Assembly (NCBI GenBank): GCA_046262475.1
Contig: JBHEMQ010000003.1
Location: forward strand, 1 to 55,783
Direction: 5' to 3'
DNA from: Candidatus Velthaea sp.
GTDB lineage: Bacteria; Vulcanimicrobiota; Vulcanimicrobiia; Vulcanimicrobiales; Vulcanimicrobiaceae
DNA length: 55,783 bases
Position numbers and translations under genes: made by a program. Below the pieces are notes generated by a model, which saw only the letters and a list, made by a program, of their open reading frames with translations, was not told the origin of the DNA and searched no databases. Positions 54,480-55,783 of the stretch are shown here, in pieces (positions within the stretch are counted from its first letter, which is position 1; the number at the start of each line of letters is the position of its first letter).

Positions 54480-55238
54480 ATGGTGCCGTGGATCGTCGCC
54501 GCAACCAGCGCCGCCGTTTGGTGCATCGCCGTTCGCCGCTACCGGCGCCGCTACGGGCGTTCCGCCGGGTTCGCGCGCGGCGCGGCCTTTGCCGCCGGAA
54601 CGGTCGTGGCGGCCACCGCGGCGGGACCGCCGCTCGACGTGCTCGCCGATGCGTCGTTCGCGTGGCACATGGTGCAGCACATGGTGCTGCTGCTTGTCGC
54701 GCCGCCGCTGGTGTTGCTGGCGCAGCCGCTCGAATTGGCGCTGGCGGTGCTGCCGCCGCGCGTCGCACGCCGCCTCGTCAGCGCACTGCGCGTGCCGCCG
54801 CTCGCGTGGTTCGCGCATCCGGTCGTCGCGTTTGCGCTTTTTTTTGCCGTTACATGGCTGGCGCATTTCACGGGTTTGTATGAAGCTGCGGCGGAGAACG
54901 AAGCCGTCCATGTGGCCGAGCACGCGCTTTTCCTCGCCGCCGCGTTTGCGTTTTGGGCGCCGGTGACGGGTGCCACGCCGTTTCCGCACGCGCTGGCGTT
55001 TCCGGTGCGCATATTTTACCTCTTTGCCGCAATGCCGCCGAGCGCGTTTTTGGGCTTCGTCCTGTTCGGATTGCGAGCGTCGCCCTATCCGCATTACGCG
55101 AACGTTGCCGACGTGCACGCCGGCGGCGAGATCATGTGGATCGCGGGCGGCGCGGCGATGTTCGCCGCGATGATGCTCGTCGCGGCGGCGTGGGCGCGCA
55201 GCGACCAGCGGTTTGCAGCCGAATCGCGCGGAGGTTAG
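54480..55238 (+). CDS. ctaG: Cytochrome c oxidase assembly factor CtaG (caa3-type, membrane)
   Basis: Track ORF 54168-55238 trimmed to the ATG at 54480. The motif is FAWHMVQHMVLLLVAPPLVLLAQP...AEHALFLAAAFAFWAPV. The protein is polytopic. Confidence 0.8.
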   Translation: MVPWIVAATSAAVWCIAVRRYRRRYGRSAGFARGAAFAAGTVVAATAAGPPLDVLADASFAWHMVQHMVLLLVAPPLVLLAQPLELALAVLPPRVARRLVSALRVPPLAWFAHPVVAFALFFAVTWLAHFTGLYEAAAENEAVHVAEHALFLAAAFAFWAPVTGATPFPHALAFPVRIFYLFAAMPPSAFLGFVLFGLRASPYPHYANVADVHAGGEIMWIAGGAAMFAAMMLVAAAWARSDQRFAAESRGG

Positions 55239-55239
55239 T

Positions 55240-55783
55240 GTGGAACGCGGTCTCGTTCTGCTTGCTGCGGCACGTTTGCGCATCGGCGGCCGGCGTCTGC
55301 GCGCGCTTGCACTCGGCGACGCGCAGGCGGTGCGCGGGTTCGTGCAAAGCGATTCGGCCCTACGCCTCGCCGAGGCGAGGCGTGACGCGCGCGCCGATGG
55401 CGCGCTTCTCGAGCGGTGCGGGGCGCGCATCGTGACGCTCGCCGACGATGACTATCCCGCCGGCTTGCGCGACCTGACCGGCCCGCCCGCCTTTCTCTGC
55501 GTGCGCGGAATGCTGCCGCGCGGCGGCATTGCGATCGTCGGCGCGCGCAATGCGAGCGCCGATGCCGCGGACTTCGCGTACGAGCTGGCGCGCCGGCTCG
55601 ATACGCCGCTCGTGAGCGGTTTGGCGCGCGGTGTGGATGCGGCCGCGCACCGCGGCGCGCTCGCGGCGGGCGCGCACGACGGCCGCGCCGTTGGCGTCCT
55701 GGCGCGCCGCGCCGAACGCACGATGACGGCGCCACTGGACGGGCTGCAGGCGCGCCTGGCGGCCAGCGACCGCCCGCCTCCGG
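55240..55783 (+). CDS. dprA: DNA processing protein DprA/Smf (3' end outside window)
   Basis: It is not in the ORF track because it has no stop in the window. GTG 55240 lies 1 nt after the ctaG stop. My translation contains ARIVTLADDDYPAGLRDLTGPPAFLCVRG, IAIVGARNAS and LVSGLARGVDAAAHRGAL. Confidence 0.7.
   Translation, partial: MERGLVLLAAARLRIGGRRLRALALGDAQAVRGFVQSDSALRLAEARRDARADGALLERCGARIVTLADDDYPAGLRDLTGPPAFLCVRGMLPRGGIAIVGARNASADAADFAYELARRLDTPLVSGLARGVDAAAHRGALAAGAHDGRAVGVLARRAERTMTAPLDGLQARLAASDRPPP

Noticed and set aside
54321-55430. N-terminal 370 codons of track ORF 53238-55430 (730 aa)
   Set aside because: The translation is an Arg/Lys/His-rich nonsense-like sequence that lies antisense to the well-supported ctaG gene. 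The Mrp homology begins exactly at the ATG at 54320.
1-55783. CRISPR arrays, tRNA/rRNA genes, IS elements, integrases and prophage genes
   Set aside because: I found no regularly spaced direct repeats, no cloverleaf-like segments in the few intergenic gaps, and no transposase- or integrase-like ORFs. The absence is judged by eye only.

Overview
This is very GC-rich, densely coding bacterial chromosomal DNA with about 50 genes. Many gene pairs share 4-nt ATGA/GTGA start-stop overlaps, and several convergent pairs overlap at their 3' ends. I found no rRNA, tRNA, CRISPR array, transposase or integrase. Because of the GC content, most long ORFs in the supplied track are antisense or alternate-frame artefacts (Arg/Ala/Pro-rich). 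I kept only frames with recognisable family motifs or a coherent architecture, and I trimmed several track ORFs to internal starts. Content from left to right: (1) 0-6.5 kb holds an antiporter tail, a CoA-transferase, an SDR, a phosphoesterase, an amidohydrolase and a class III aminotransferase. (2) 6.6-9.3 kb holds larB-larC-larE (nickel-pincer cofactor synthesis) with no larA in the window. (3) 9.5-16.1 kb holds a partner-switching-type module: two large membrane PAS-GAF-PP2C-RsbW-kinase fusion sensors flanking one STAS antagonist. (4) 16.2-22.5 kb holds a tight hyuA-hyuB-FAH-SDR-ilvE cluster. (5) 22.5-28.3 kb holds two very large secreted peptidases (S9 and zinc metalloprotease). (6) 29.4-32.8 kb holds folP, a folK::folE2 fusion and a DUF2461 gene, followed by an M48 protease. 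(7) 34.4-38.7 kb holds an operon of a coiled-coil protein, a zinc-ribbon/TM/PstS-like protein, an orphan LivK-like binding protein and an acyltransferase_3. (8) 38.7-53.1 kb is the most unusual part. It is a compact Tad/Flp (type IVc) pilus locus with two tandem Flp prepilins, two A24 prepilin peptidases and a CpaE/TadZ-like domain fused in frame to the CpaF/TadA ATPase. Its secretin is translationally coupled to two polytopic glycosyltransferase-like membrane proteins, and a DUF192 gene ends the operon. Next to it sits a regulator with reversed domain order (P-loop NTPase, then SARP wHTH, then BTAD) coupled to a membrane protein with Ig-like repeats. (9) 53.2-55.8 kb holds mrp/apbC, ctaG and the 5' part of dprA. 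All family calls rest on motif recognition by eye. No database search was run.
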